Shown here: positions 1 through 8,636 of the stretch, in pieces
Layout of the letters: the number at the start of each line of letters is the position of its first letter
Position numbering within the stretch: position 1 is the stretch's first letter
Source: Candidatus Limimorpha sp.
GTDB lineage: Bacteria > Bacteroidota > Bacteroidia > Bacteroidales > F082
DNA length: 64,000 nucleotides
Direction: 5' to 3'
Assembly: GCA_041842465.1 (NCBI GenBank)
Contig: JBGYXG010000040.1
Coordinates: forward strand, 1,788-65,787
Translations under genes and position numbers: made by a program
Notes under the pieces: model-generated
What the model was told of the DNA's origin: nothing
Databases searched by the model: none
The model's input: the letters and a program-made list of their open reading frames with translations, nothing else

Positions 1-984
1 GACCCGAAAGAACCTTATGGCTATCGGGTTGAGGATGTAAGGTTTGCCAATGAAAGAGATCAAGTCGAGTTGGCGGGTACGCTGACGGTCCCAAATGGCG
101 AAGGGCCGTTTCCGGCCGTGGTATTGGTGTCGGGTAGCGGGGTGCAAGACCGCAACGAGGAAGTATTCAACCATCGTCCGTTTTGGGTCATTGCCGACCA
201 TTTTTCGCGGAATGGCATTGCAGTGTTGCGCTACGACGATCGAGGCGTGGGAGGTTCGGGTGGCGACCCCGCTTCGGCCACAACGCTCGATTTGTCATAC
301 GATGCCGAAGCTGCCTTTGATTTTTTAAGCCATCGGGCGGAGGTGGATGCTTCAAAAATCGGCATTCTCGGTCATAGCGAGGGCGGATTGATTAATTTCA
401 TGATAGCGGCACGCCGTCCCGAAGTCGCCTTCCTGATCAGCATGGCAGGTCCGGCGGTGCGTGGTACAGCGGTGCTAAAGGCGCAACAGCAGGCCATCGG
501 CGAAGTTTCAGGTATGCCTGACAGCCTCATGGCAGCCAATATGAAATTCAATGAAAGCCTGTATGCCGTCATTGATAGCTGTGAGCATTCAGAAATGGCG
601 GCACCCCTGTTGAAGCAGCATTTTTTGGATGCCGGTATGGCGGAAAAAGAAGCCGACAAGCAGGTGGAAGCCCTTTCGTCACCTTGGATGTGGTATTTCC
701 TGAAATATGACCCAGAGGAAGCCATTGTCAAGACGAGCTGTCCGGCCTTGTTGCTGAATGGATCAAAGGATTTGCAAGTGCTTGTAAACCAAAATTTCAC
801 TGCATACGAAAAAAGCATGGCGAAGTATGGAAAGACCAATCTGAACTTGAAGAAAATGTCCGGCTTGAACCATCTTTTTCAACATTGTCAGACGGGGTCT
901 CCAACAGAGTATTACACGATTGATGAGACTGTTGCGCCGGAAGTGTTGAATGCGATGGTCGAATTTGTTCGCCTGTTGAAGTGA
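1..984 (+). CDS. alpha/beta-fold hydrolase (5' end lies outside the window)
   Basis: Frame 1 is open from base 1 (DPKEPYGYRVEDVRF...) into the listed ORF 70..984. It has a GHSEGG nucleophile elbow and a VLVSGSG segment. Confidence 0.8.
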   Translation, partial: DPKEPYGYRVEDVRFANERDQVELAGTLTVPNGEGPFPAVVLVSGSGVQDRNEEVFNHRPFWVIADHFSRNGIAVLRYDDRGVGGSGGDPASATTLDLSYDAEAAFDFLSHRAEVDASKIGILGHSEGGLINFMIAARRPEVAFLISMAGPAVRGTAVLKAQQQAIGEVSGMPDSLMAANMKFNESLYAVIDSCEHSEMAAPLLKQHFLDAGMAEKEADKQVEALSSPWMWYFLKYDPEEAIVKTSCPALLLNGSKDLQVLVNQNFTAYEKSMAKYGKTNLNLKKMSGLNHLFQHCQTGSPTEYYTIDETVAPEVLNAMVEFVRLLK

Positions 985-1148
985 TGGGTGCTTTTGCGGG
1001 ATTGCAAAAAAGAAGGGCAGCTTGTAATCCGGCATTTGTTGCCTACGAGTAGGGGCTTATTGGAATGTTTGAGAGCTGGTGTTTGGTGAAAATGTAAAAA
1101 AAAGGAAAAATAATTCCCTGAAAAAGCACGACTTACGAAAAATATTGC

Positions 1149-1156
1149 TAATTTTG
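1149..1156 (+). promoter_or_regulatory. Bacteroidota -7 box TAATTTTG upstream of rpsA (about 130-nt leader)
   Basis: Exact TAnnTTTG match in the intergenic region upstream of 1290. Confidence 0.4.
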
Positions 1157-1289
1157 CGCCCTCGTTTTGAGGTCATTTTCCGGATGGGTATCGCTGATGC
1201 CGTTGCTTCAAAATGAGTAGATTAAAGTTAAACCTCCTCGGCTGAGGCTGTCCGGAATCTCGGTTGGGTACAATTTTATTGCATTAATA

Positions 1290-3281
1290 ATGGCAGAAAA
1301 CGAAAACATCATCAACGAGGCCATGCCATCAGAAGAAAAGCCAGTTGAAGAAACCAAAACCGCTCAGAATCCTGTTGCCGAAACCGAGACAGCTGAAGCT
1401 CCCAAAGCCCCTAAAGCTCCTAAACAGAAGCCCGTTCCGGACGCTGATTTCGATTGGAGTTCCTCACACAAAAAGTTCGACAACTATTCGTCAGAAGAAC
1501 GTTCCAAGCTGGAAGAGAAGTATGTCAACACCATGAGCCAGATTGCCGACCATGAGGTTGTCAACGGAACCATTGTTGCAATCACTTCACGTGAAGTGGT
1601 GGTGAACATCGGCTTTAAGTCGGACGGTGTCATTCCCGTTTCGGAATTCCGCACCAGCCCGGGTTTGAAAGCTGGTGATCAGATTGAGGTTTATGTTGAG
1701 AATCAAGAAGGTCCTAACGGACAACTGATACTTTCCTACAAGAAAGCACGTATTCTGAAATCATGGGATCGCGTCAATGAGGCATTCGAAAAGGGTGAAA
1801 TCATCAATGGTTATGTCAAGAGCCGTACAAAGGGTGGTCTTATTATCGATGTGTTCGGCATTGAGGCCTTCTTGCCTGGTTCGCAGATTGATGTCAAACC
1901 CATTCGCGACTATGATGTCTATGTTGATAGCGTGATGGAGTTCAAGGTGGTGAAGATCAACCAGGAATACAAGAACGTGGTGGTCTCTCACAAGGCGCTT
2001 ATCGAAGACGAGCTTGAACAGCAGAAGGCTGAAATCATGAGCAAACTCGAAAAGGGACAAGTCCTCGAAGGCGTGGTTAAGAATATCACTTCCTACGGTG
2101 TGTTCGTCGATCTCGGCGGTGTTGACGGTCTGATCCACATCACCGACCTGTCGTGGGGACGCATCAATCATCCGGAAGAAATCGTCCAGTTGGATGAGAA
2201 GATCAAGGTTGTCATCCTCGACTTTGACGATAACAAGAAACGCATTGCCCTTGGCTTGAAGCAGCTTACTCCTCATCCTTGGGATGCACTCGACAATGAA
2301 CTTAAGGCTGGCGACGTGGTCAAAGGTAAGGTTGTTGTCATTGCCGATTACGGCGCATTCGTTGAAATCGCTCCCGGCGTGGAGGGCTTGATCCATGTCT
2401 CCGAAATGTCATGGTCACAGCATCTGCGCACCGCTCAGGACTTCCTGAAGGTGGGTGACGAGGTTGAAGCAAAGGTCTTGACACTCGACCGCGAAGAACG
2501 CAAGATGTCTCTCGGCATGAAGCAGTTGATTCCCGACCCGTGGGCCAACATCTCCGATCGTTATCCTGTCGGTTCGAAACACACCGCCATTGTCCGCAAC
2601 TTCACCAATTTCGGCATCTTTGTCGAGCTTGAAGAAGGTGTTGACGGTCTGATCCATATCAGCGACTTGAGCTGGTCGAAGAAAATCAAGCATCCGGCAG
2701 AGTTTACCAAAGTCGGTGAAAATATCGAAGTCGTCGTCCTCGACGTTGACGAAGAAAGCCGCCGCTTGAGCCTCGGCCACAAACAGCTTGAAGAGAATCC
2801 TTGGGATGTGTTCGAAAGCATTTTTATGGTGGGTTCTGTACATCAGGGCACCATCATCAATGCCAACGATAAGGGCGGAGTCGTTTCGCTTCCTTACGGC
2901 GTTGAAGGCTTCTGCCCGAACCGTCACATGAAGAAAGAAGACGGATCGCAGGCCAAGGTGGACGACACCCTTGATTTCAAGGTGATCGAATTCTCGAAAG
3001 AAAGCAAGAAAATCATCCTTTCGCATTCCAGAACCTTCGAAGAAGGCAATGAAAGCCGTTTCTCCGAAACCGCCAATGCTGAAAGAGCCGCCAAGTCAAC
3101 CAAAAATGCCGTGCAGCAGATCAACGAAAGCATCGAGCACAGCACACTCGGCGACCTTGACGTCCTTGCTGGTCTGAAGGAAAACCTTGAGAAACAGGAA
3201 AAGAAAAAAGCTGAAAAAAAGAAGGCTGCCAAGACCGAGGATAATGCGGAAGAGGAAAAGCCCGAAACGGAAAAGGAATAA
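1290..3281 (+). CDS. rpsA: 30S ribosomal protein S1
   Basis: 663-aa ORF with six repeated S1 OB-fold modules (G.V..I...G.FV.L..GV.GLIH.S..SW). It has an acidic/Pro-Lys N-terminal extension and a K/E-rich C-terminal tail. Confidence 0.95.
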   Translation: MAENENIINEAMPSEEKPVEETKTAQNPVAETETAEAPKAPKAPKQKPVPDADFDWSSSHKKFDNYSSEERSKLEEKYVNTMSQIADHEVVNGTIVAITSREVVVNIGFKSDGVIPVSEFRTSPGLKAGDQIEVYVENQEGPNGQLILSYKKARILKSWDRVNEAFEKGEIINGYVKSRTKGGLIIDVFGIEAFLPGSQIDVKPIRDYDVYVDSVMEFKVVKINQEYKNVVVSHKALIEDELEQQKAEIMSKLEKGQVLEGVVKNITSYGVFVDLGGVDGLIHITDLSWGRINHPEEIVQLDEKIKVVILDFDDNKKRIALGLKQLTPHPWDALDNELKAGDVVKGKVVVIADYGAFVEIAPGVEGLIHVSEMSWSQHLRTAQDFLKVGDEVEAKVLTLDREERKMSLGMKQLIPDPWANISDRYPVGSKHTAIVRNFTNFGIFVELEEGVDGLIHISDLSWSKKIKHPAEFTKVGENIEVVVLDVDEESRRLSLGHKQLEENPWDVFESIFMVGSVHQGTIINANDKGGVVSLPYGVEGFCPNRHMKKEDGSQAKVDDTLDFKVIEFSKESKKIILSHSRTFEEGNESRFSETANAERAAKSTKNAVQQINESIEHSTLGDLDVLAGLKENLEKQEKKKAEKKKAAKTEDNAEEEKPETEKE

Positions 3282-3305
3282 CCCGATTCCAGCCATTCAA
3301 AAACG

Positions 3306-3336
3306 ACCGCTCTCGATTTCTCGGGAGCGGTTTTTT
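3306..3336 (+). terminator. rho-independent terminator after rpsA
   Basis: Stem ACCGCTC/GAGCGGT followed by TTTTTT. Confidence 0.6.
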
Positions 3337-3338
3337 CA

Positions 3339-3346
3339 TATCTTTG
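3339..3346 (+). promoter_or_regulatory. -7 box TATCTTTG for the S4-domain gene
   Basis: Exact TAnnTTTG match. It overlaps the first ATG of the listed ORF (3344), which argues for the ATG at 3368. Confidence 0.4.
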
Positions 3347-3367
3347 CCGCCACTCAATCACAACATC

Positions 3368-3610
3368 ATGGTGAAAAAACAAGAAACGATCCTTTTTGCC
3401 CTTCGTGCTGGCGAAAGCTATATTCCCCTTATTCAACTGCTGAAAGCTACCGGAGTCGTTGATTCGGGCAGTGAAGCGCAGGAAGCGGTGGCGGCAGGCA
3501 TCGTGCTTCGTAATGGCAAGGTGGAGCTTCGTAAAAGAGCTAAAATCACTGCGGGGGAGACCGTCACTTTTCAGGGATTCCGGATTGTGGTGCAAAAAGC
3601 CGAGGAATAA
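3368..3610 (+). CDS. small RNA-binding S4-domain protein (YbcJ-like)
   Basis: About 80 aa, MVKKQETILFALRAGESYIPLIQLLK...NGKVELRKRAKI..G. The size and pattern fit stand-alone S4 proteins. Confidence 0.7.
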   Translation: MVKKQETILFALRAGESYIPLIQLLKATGVVDSGSEAQEAVAAGIVLRNGKVELRKRAKITAGETVTFQGFRIVVQKAEE

Positions 3611-3709
3611 CGCCATTCGCTTCAATAAAGTGTTGGCGCTTTTGTTGCCATGATTCCGCCAATCTGTCTCCATGCAGTATTATTTGTTGATACGCAGCGA
3701 CTAAATGAC

Positions 3710-3717
3710 TATTTTTG
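3710..3717 (+). promoter_or_regulatory. -7 box TATTTTTG for the transporter gene
   Basis: Exact TAnnTTTG match. It lies downstream of the listed ORF start (3705), so the ATG at 3738 is favoured. Confidence 0.4.
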
Positions 3718-3737
3718 CTGCGCTTAATTTTACATCC

Positions 3738-5090
3738 ATGTTTCAAAAGATGATCAGAGCCAGCGTGAAAATGGTACAACGCTGGTTGCCCGAACCTTTT
3801 ATTTTTGCTATTTTATTGACTTTCATTGCTTTTGTGGTAGCAATGCCGGTATGTCGTCAAACACCTTTAGAGGTGCTTGAACATTGGGGCAACGGGCTGT
3901 GGGGGCTGCTTGAGTTCGCCATGCAGATGGCTTTGGTATTGGTGTGCGGCACCACTTTGGCTGATGCTCCATCCGTCAGGAGAGGGCTGAACTTCATGGC
4001 AGGGCTGCCTCAAAAACCTGCTGGAGTCATTGCATTAGTGTCGTTGGTGTCGGCCATCGCCTGTTGGATCAATTGGGGCTTTGGACTGATCGTGGGAGTG
4101 GTGTCCGCTAAGGAAATCGCCCGCAAAATGAGTGGAGTCGATTACCGTTTGCTCATTGCGGCAGCCTATAGCGGTTTTGTGGTTTGGCATGGCGGACTGT
4201 CAGGATCCATACCGTTGGCATTGGCCACATCAGGGGCTTCGCTTGAACGGACCACGATGGATGTAGTAACGGAAGGCATCTCCATTTCGCAGACTATTTT
4301 TGCACTTCCCAACCTGTTGATTTCTGTTTTAGTCATCTTGTCGTTAGTAGTGGTCAATGCACTGATGCATCCCAAGCGTGACAGGGTGGTGGAGATTGAT
4401 AGGAAGCTGCTGACCGAAGAAGATGTTTTGGAGCATGTTGTTCCCGTAACGCCGGCCGAAAAGATGGAGCACAGCGCTTTGCTGGGCTATCTGGTAGCCA
4501 TCATGGGGTTGGGCTATCTGTTTTTGAGGCTCTTTGTGCGAGGTGGACATCTCGATTTGAATGGCGTCATTATGCTCTTTCTATTTTTGGGCATTATCTT
4601 GCACAAAACTCCCATCAATTATGTGAAGTCACTCACCAAAGCCGCCGTGGGAAGTGCGGGCATCATACTGCAATTTCCTTTCTATGCGGGCATTATGGGC
4701 ATCATGGTGGGCAAATCGGCCGATGGGCTTTCGCTGGCAGGTGCAATCAGCAATTTGTGCATTTCCATTTCCAATCAATATACTTTTCCTCTGTTGACTT
4801 TTCTGAGCGCAGGCATTGTCAATGTCTTTGTTCCGTCAGGAGGAGGTCAATGGGCGGTGCAGGCACCGATCATGATGCCTGCGGGTCAGGCATTGGGCGT
4901 TTCTCCTGCCATTACGGGAATGGCCATCGCCTGGGGCGATGCGTGGACCAACCTGATACAGCCTTTCTGGGCGATACCCGCATTGGCTATCGCCAAGTTA
5001 GGCGCCAAGGACATCATGGGCTATTGTCTTGTCAACCTGATTGCTACCGGATTGATTATCTGTGCAGGACTGTTGATTTGGGTGATGTAG
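3738..5090 (+). CDS. short-chain fatty acid transporter (AtoE family)
   Basis: Polytopic membrane ORF. The N-terminus MFQKMIRASVKMVQRWLPEPFIFAILLT resembles AtoE-type proteins. Confidence 0.75.
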   Translation: MFQKMIRASVKMVQRWLPEPFIFAILLTFIAFVVAMPVCRQTPLEVLEHWGNGLWGLLEFAMQMALVLVCGTTLADAPSVRRGLNFMAGLPQKPAGVIALVSLVSAIACWINWGFGLIVGVVSAKEIARKMSGVDYRLLIAAAYSGFVVWHGGLSGSIPLALATSGASLERTTMDVVTEGISISQTIFALPNLLISVLVILSLVVVNALMHPKRDRVVEIDRKLLTEEDVLEHVVPVTPAEKMEHSALLGYLVAIMGLGYLFLRLFVRGGHLDLNGVIMLFLFLGIILHKTPINYVKSLTKAAVGSAGIILQFPFYAGIMGIMVGKSADGLSLAGAISNLCISISNQYTFPLLTFLSAGIVNVFVPSGGGQWAVQAPIMMPAGQALGVSPAITGMAIAWGDAWTNLIQPFWAIPALAIAKLGAKDIMGYCLVNLIATGLIICAGLLIWVM

Positions 5091-5263
5091 AAGGAAGGGG
5101 AATTTCATATAATGTGTTGTGTTACTTGCTGTTGCGATCTTAGCAACAGGCGTTTACATTAAACGTTATTGGCGGCTCCCGCATTTTGACATGCACTTTC
5201 CATTCTCAAAAGTTTTGTCGTTCGCTAAGGAAGATTAGAAGGGTATATTTGTGGAAAAAAGTC

Positions 5264-5271
5264 TATCTTTG
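5264..5271 (+). promoter_or_regulatory. -7 box TATCTTTG for the exonuclease gene
   Basis: Exact TAnnTTTG match 20 nt upstream of the ATG at 5291. A second match, TATATTTG, lies at 5244..5251. Confidence 0.4.
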
Positions 5272-5290
5272 TATTTCAATTTATTTGAAT

Positions 5291-5875
5291 ATGTCCGAGG
5301 AACCACTAAATGGACTTGCCGTTAAACATGTGCGAAAACCGGCGCACCCGAAGCAGCCGGTCAGCTATATCCCTGACCGTCATCTTGTCGATTTTGCCGC
5401 TATCGATTTCGAGGCAGCAAACGGTAAAATTACGAGTGCTTGCAGTGTGGGTGTTGTCATTGTGCATGAAATGGAAATCGTGGATCGTTTTTATAGTTTG
5501 ATAAAACCTGTTCCCAACTATTACGACTTTTACAATAGCAAGGTGAACGGTTTGCACAAGGCTGATACCGACAAAGCTCCTGATTTTGCGCAGGTGTGGA
5601 GTCAGGTGGCGGATAGGGTGGAGGGGCTTCCTTTTGTGGCACACGGCATGTTGTTCGACCAGCGTTGCCTGAAAGCACTTCACGCCTACTACCACATCAA
5701 GTACCCCAATTATCCCTTTTATTGCACCCATGTCGGCGCCACAACACTTGTTCCCGGACTGGATAACTACAAACTCAAAACCGTCGCCCTGCATTTTGGC
5801 TACGACTTGACCCATAAGCACCATGCCCTTGCCGATGCCGAAGCCTGTGCAGTGATTGCGATGCACATATTTTAA
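5291..5875 (+). CDS. 3'-5' exonuclease, DEDDh / DnaQ-epsilon-like
   Basis: Exo I-like motif FAAIDFEAAN and a terminal HHALADAEACA (the H-x4-D motif of the DEDDh family). Confidence 0.8.
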   Translation: MSEEPLNGLAVKHVRKPAHPKQPVSYIPDRHLVDFAAIDFEAANGKITSACSVGVVIVHEMEIVDRFYSLIKPVPNYYDFYNSKVNGLHKADTDKAPDFAQVWSQVADRVEGLPFVAHGMLFDQRCLKALHAYYHIKYPNYPFYCTHVGATTLVPGLDNYKLKTVALHFGYDLTHKHHALADAEACAVIAMHIF

Positions 5876-6022
5876 TTTTAAAGCCTGCTCGTTATGGACT
5901 TTTATGAACGAAATCGATTTGTTTTTGTCGAAGTATCGCGTTGAAAATCAATTATATGCGATTATTGTCTAAAAAATAGATAAAAACATATCGATTATGT
6001 GTTGTGGTTCATAAAAAAGACG

Positions 6023-6030
6023 TATTTTTG
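6023..6030 (+). promoter_or_regulatory. -7 box TATTTTTG for rex
   Basis: Exact TAnnTTTG match 37 nt upstream of the ATG at 6067. Confidence 0.4.
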
Positions 6031-6066
6031 CAGCGTGGATGGGATCAAACCAAAACGAAAAAATAA

Positions 6067-6735
6067 ATGAAAAATGATGAACAAGCATCTTTGGTTATGT
6101 TGAAATCGACTATGAGCCGTTTGCCGATGTATTATCATTATCTTGAAGAGAGGCACGCAGAAGGTGCGGTTTCAGTTTCGGCATCTGAAATTGCTGAGCG
6201 ATTGAATCTCAATCCGGTACTCGTTCGGAAAGATATTGAATTGGTAAGTTCTGTGATGGGGAAACCCCGTGTTGGATTTAACCTTGAGCAGTTGCTGACT
6301 GACTTTCGCGATTATTTGGGTTATGACAATGTGAACGAATCGGTGCTTGTCGGAGTAGGAGGGCTGGGGCGCACCCTGCTTTCTTACGAAGGTTTTGGCG
6401 CATTCAGTTTGAATATTGTGGCCGGCTTCGATGTCAACAAGGATCTTTACGGCATACGCATCAATGAAAAACCGGTGCTCCCGATGGAAAAACTTCCCGA
6501 CATCATCCACCGTCTCAACATCCATATTGGCATTATCACAGTGCCGAAAGCAGAAGCACAAAAAGTTTGTGATACCCTTGTAGGATGCGGCATTAAGGCG
6601 ATTTGGAATTTCGCGCCGGTATCTCTCAACGTGTCAAGTGGCATATTGCTGAAAAATGAAAATCTCGCCGCATCGCTGGCGTCATTGTCCCAGAGGTTGT
6701 ATCAAAAAATGGACTCCGAAGGTTTTAAAGAATAA
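6067..6735 (+). CDS. rex: redox-sensing transcriptional repressor Rex
   Basis: Winged-helix N-terminus (SRLPMYYHYLE...GAVSVSASEIAERL) followed by a Rossmann segment VLVGVGGLGRTLL, as in Rex proteins. Confidence 0.9.
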   Translation: MKNDEQASLVMLKSTMSRLPMYYHYLEERHAEGAVSVSASEIAERLNLNPVLVRKDIELVSSVMGKPRVGFNLEQLLTDFRDYLGYDNVNESVLVGVGGLGRTLLSYEGFGAFSLNIVAGFDVNKDLYGIRINEKPVLPMEKLPDIIHRLNIHIGIITVPKAEAQKVCDTLVGCGIKAIWNFAPVSLNVSSGILLKNENLAASLASLSQRLYQKMDSEGFKE

Positions 6736-6904
6736 ATCAATCGCATTTTTTAGAAAAAAAAGAGTTAATGGTTTCATTGTCAGGTAGAAAAGCGACATTA
6801 AATCGATAAAAATATATTGTATAAACGTCTAATTAATTCAGTATTAGGTAAAAGGTCCAAGATCATATTATAGTTAACCATATTCAAATAAAAATTCAAC
6901 TATC

Positions 6905-8122
6905 ATGAAAAGATTCACGTTACCGCGTGATTTGTATCACGGAGAAAATGCACTGGAAGCATTAAAGACATTTACTGGAAAACGCGCTGTTATTTGCGTC
7001 GGTGGTGGAAGCATGAAACGTTTCGGTTTTCTTGACAAAGCCATTGCTTATCTCAATGAAGCCGGAATGGAAGTCAAAGTCATTGACGGTATCGAACCCG
7101 ATCCGTCTGTCGATACAGTGATGAAAGGTGCTGTCGTCATGCAGCAGTTCCAGCCCGACTGGATCGTAGCCATTGGAGGAGGATCGCCCATTGACGCAGC
7201 CAAGGCCATGTGGATTAAATACGAATACCCGAATGTCACATTTGAAGACATGTGCAAGGTGTTCGGATTGCCCAAACTGAGGACAAAAGCCAAGTTCTGT
7301 GCGGTGTCTTCTACTTCTGGAACTGCTACCGAAGTGACGGCTTTCTCCATCATTACGGATTATCAGAAAGGCATCAAGTTCCCGATTGCCGACTTTGAAA
7401 TCACTCCTGATGTGGCTATCGTTGACCCTGCTTTGGCGCAGACTATGCCTAAGAAATTGGTTGCCCACACGGGTATGGATGCCATGACACACGCCATAGA
7501 AGCGTATGTTTCTACAGCAAATTGCGATTATTCAGATCCTTTAGCTATCTTTGCAATTAATATGATACAACGAGACTTGGTGAAATCGTATAACGGCGAT
7601 GTTGAAGCTCGTAATGCCATGCACAATGCCCAATGTTTGGCGGGCATGGCGTTCTCGAATGCATTGCTGGGCATCGTTCACTCCATGGCTCATAAGACGG
7701 GTGCCATTTTTGCGGACCACGGCGCACATATCATTCACGGTGCTGCCAACGCCATGTATTTGCCCAAGGTCATTGCCTTCAACGCTAAAGACCCTGTGGC
7801 GAAAAAGCGTTACGGCGTCATTGCCGACTATATGAGATTAGGCGGTAACAACGATGACGAAAAGGTGGCGTTGCTTATTCGCGAACTGCGAAAGATGAAC
7901 GACGACCTGAATATTCCGCATTGCATCAAGAATTATGGGGCGGATTCTTTCCCCTGCGAACAAGGTTTCGTGCCGGAGAACGTTTTCTTGGAAAGACTGC
8001 CTGAGATTGCCAAAAATGCAATCGGCGATGCTTGCACGGGTTCCAATCCCAGAATCCCGACGCAGCATGAGATGGAAGAACTGCTGAAGTGCTGTTATTA
8101 CGACACGGAAGTCGATTTCTGA
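6905..8122 (+). CDS. iron-containing (group III) alcohol dehydrogenase
   Basis: GGGSPIDAAK and TGMDAMTHAIEAY...HSMAHK metal/NAD motifs of Fe-ADHs (butanol or propanediol dehydrogenase-like). Confidence 0.9.
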   Translation: MKRFTLPRDLYHGENALEALKTFTGKRAVICVGGGSMKRFGFLDKAIAYLNEAGMEVKVIDGIEPDPSVDTVMKGAVVMQQFQPDWIVAIGGGSPIDAAKAMWIKYEYPNVTFEDMCKVFGLPKLRTKAKFCAVSSTSGTATEVTAFSIITDYQKGIKFPIADFEITPDVAIVDPALAQTMPKKLVAHTGMDAMTHAIEAYVSTANCDYSDPLAIFAINMIQRDLVKSYNGDVEARNAMHNAQCLAGMAFSNALLGIVHSMAHKTGAIFADHGAHIIHGAANAMYLPKVIAFNAKDPVAKKRYGVIADYMRLGGNNDDEKVALLIRELRKMNDDLNIPHCIKNYGADSFPCEQGFVPENVFLERLPEIAKNAIGDACTGSNPRIPTQHEMEELLKCCYYDTEVDF

Positions 8123-8332
8123 CGCGGTAGGATGAAATAATCCATTAGCGTTCCCGAATCAGGGAGCGGAAGTCAGTGGGGATCTGTTACCGTAGTATGG
8201 GAATGGGAGTTCTCTCCTGACTTCTGCTTTCTGATCCGTTTGCATTTGACGGGGTAGGCACGGCTCAAGAATCGGAGTGTTGACAAGACAAACTCGAAAA
8301 TAAACATTGGTACAAAACATTGAATTGACAAA

Positions 8333-8623
8333 ATGAATATTAAAGTCTGCGTGGGCAGTTCCTGCCATCTGAAAGGTTCCTACGATGTGATCGAGGCCTT
8401 CAAGGAAATCCTGAAAAAGTATGACGTGGAAGATCTCGTCGAGTTACAGGCGAGCTTTTGTCTTGGTTATTGTGCGCAAGGAGTGACCGTCAAATTGGAC
8501 GGCATGGCGCAGCCTTTTGTTGAAAAGTTAGGAAAGGACGAAGTGTTTCTGCACAATTTCAACAAGGACAATGTCGAGGAGTTTTTTGTCAAGGACATCT
8601 ATCCGTTGATCAATTTGAACTGA
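8333..8623 (+). CDS. small 4-Cys thioredoxin-like [2Fe-2S]-ferredoxin-type protein
   Basis: 96 aa. Motif C.GSSCHLKG ... FC...C. It is a paralogue of 17876..18133. Confidence 0.7.
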   Translation: MNIKVCVGSSCHLKGSYDVIEAFKEILKKYDVEDLVELQASFCLGYCAQGVTVKLDGMAQPFVEKLGKDEVFLHNFNKDNVEEFFVKDIYPLINLN

Positions 8624-8636
8624 AAAAGAAAACACA

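Noticed and set aside
3344-5290. Longer N-terminal extensions of three listed ORFs (starts at 3344, 3705 and 5186)
   Set aside because: In each case a TAnnTTTG promoter box lies at or downstream of the listed start. The downstream ATGs (3368, 3738 and 5291) also give N-termini that match the families.
5876-8332. Search for a Rex operator (TTGTGAA-N6-TTCACAA-like palindrome) upstream of rex, the Fe-ADH gene and the hydS module
   Set aside because: No convincing inverted repeat of that type was found by eye. Rex control of the island therefore remains an inference from gene content only.
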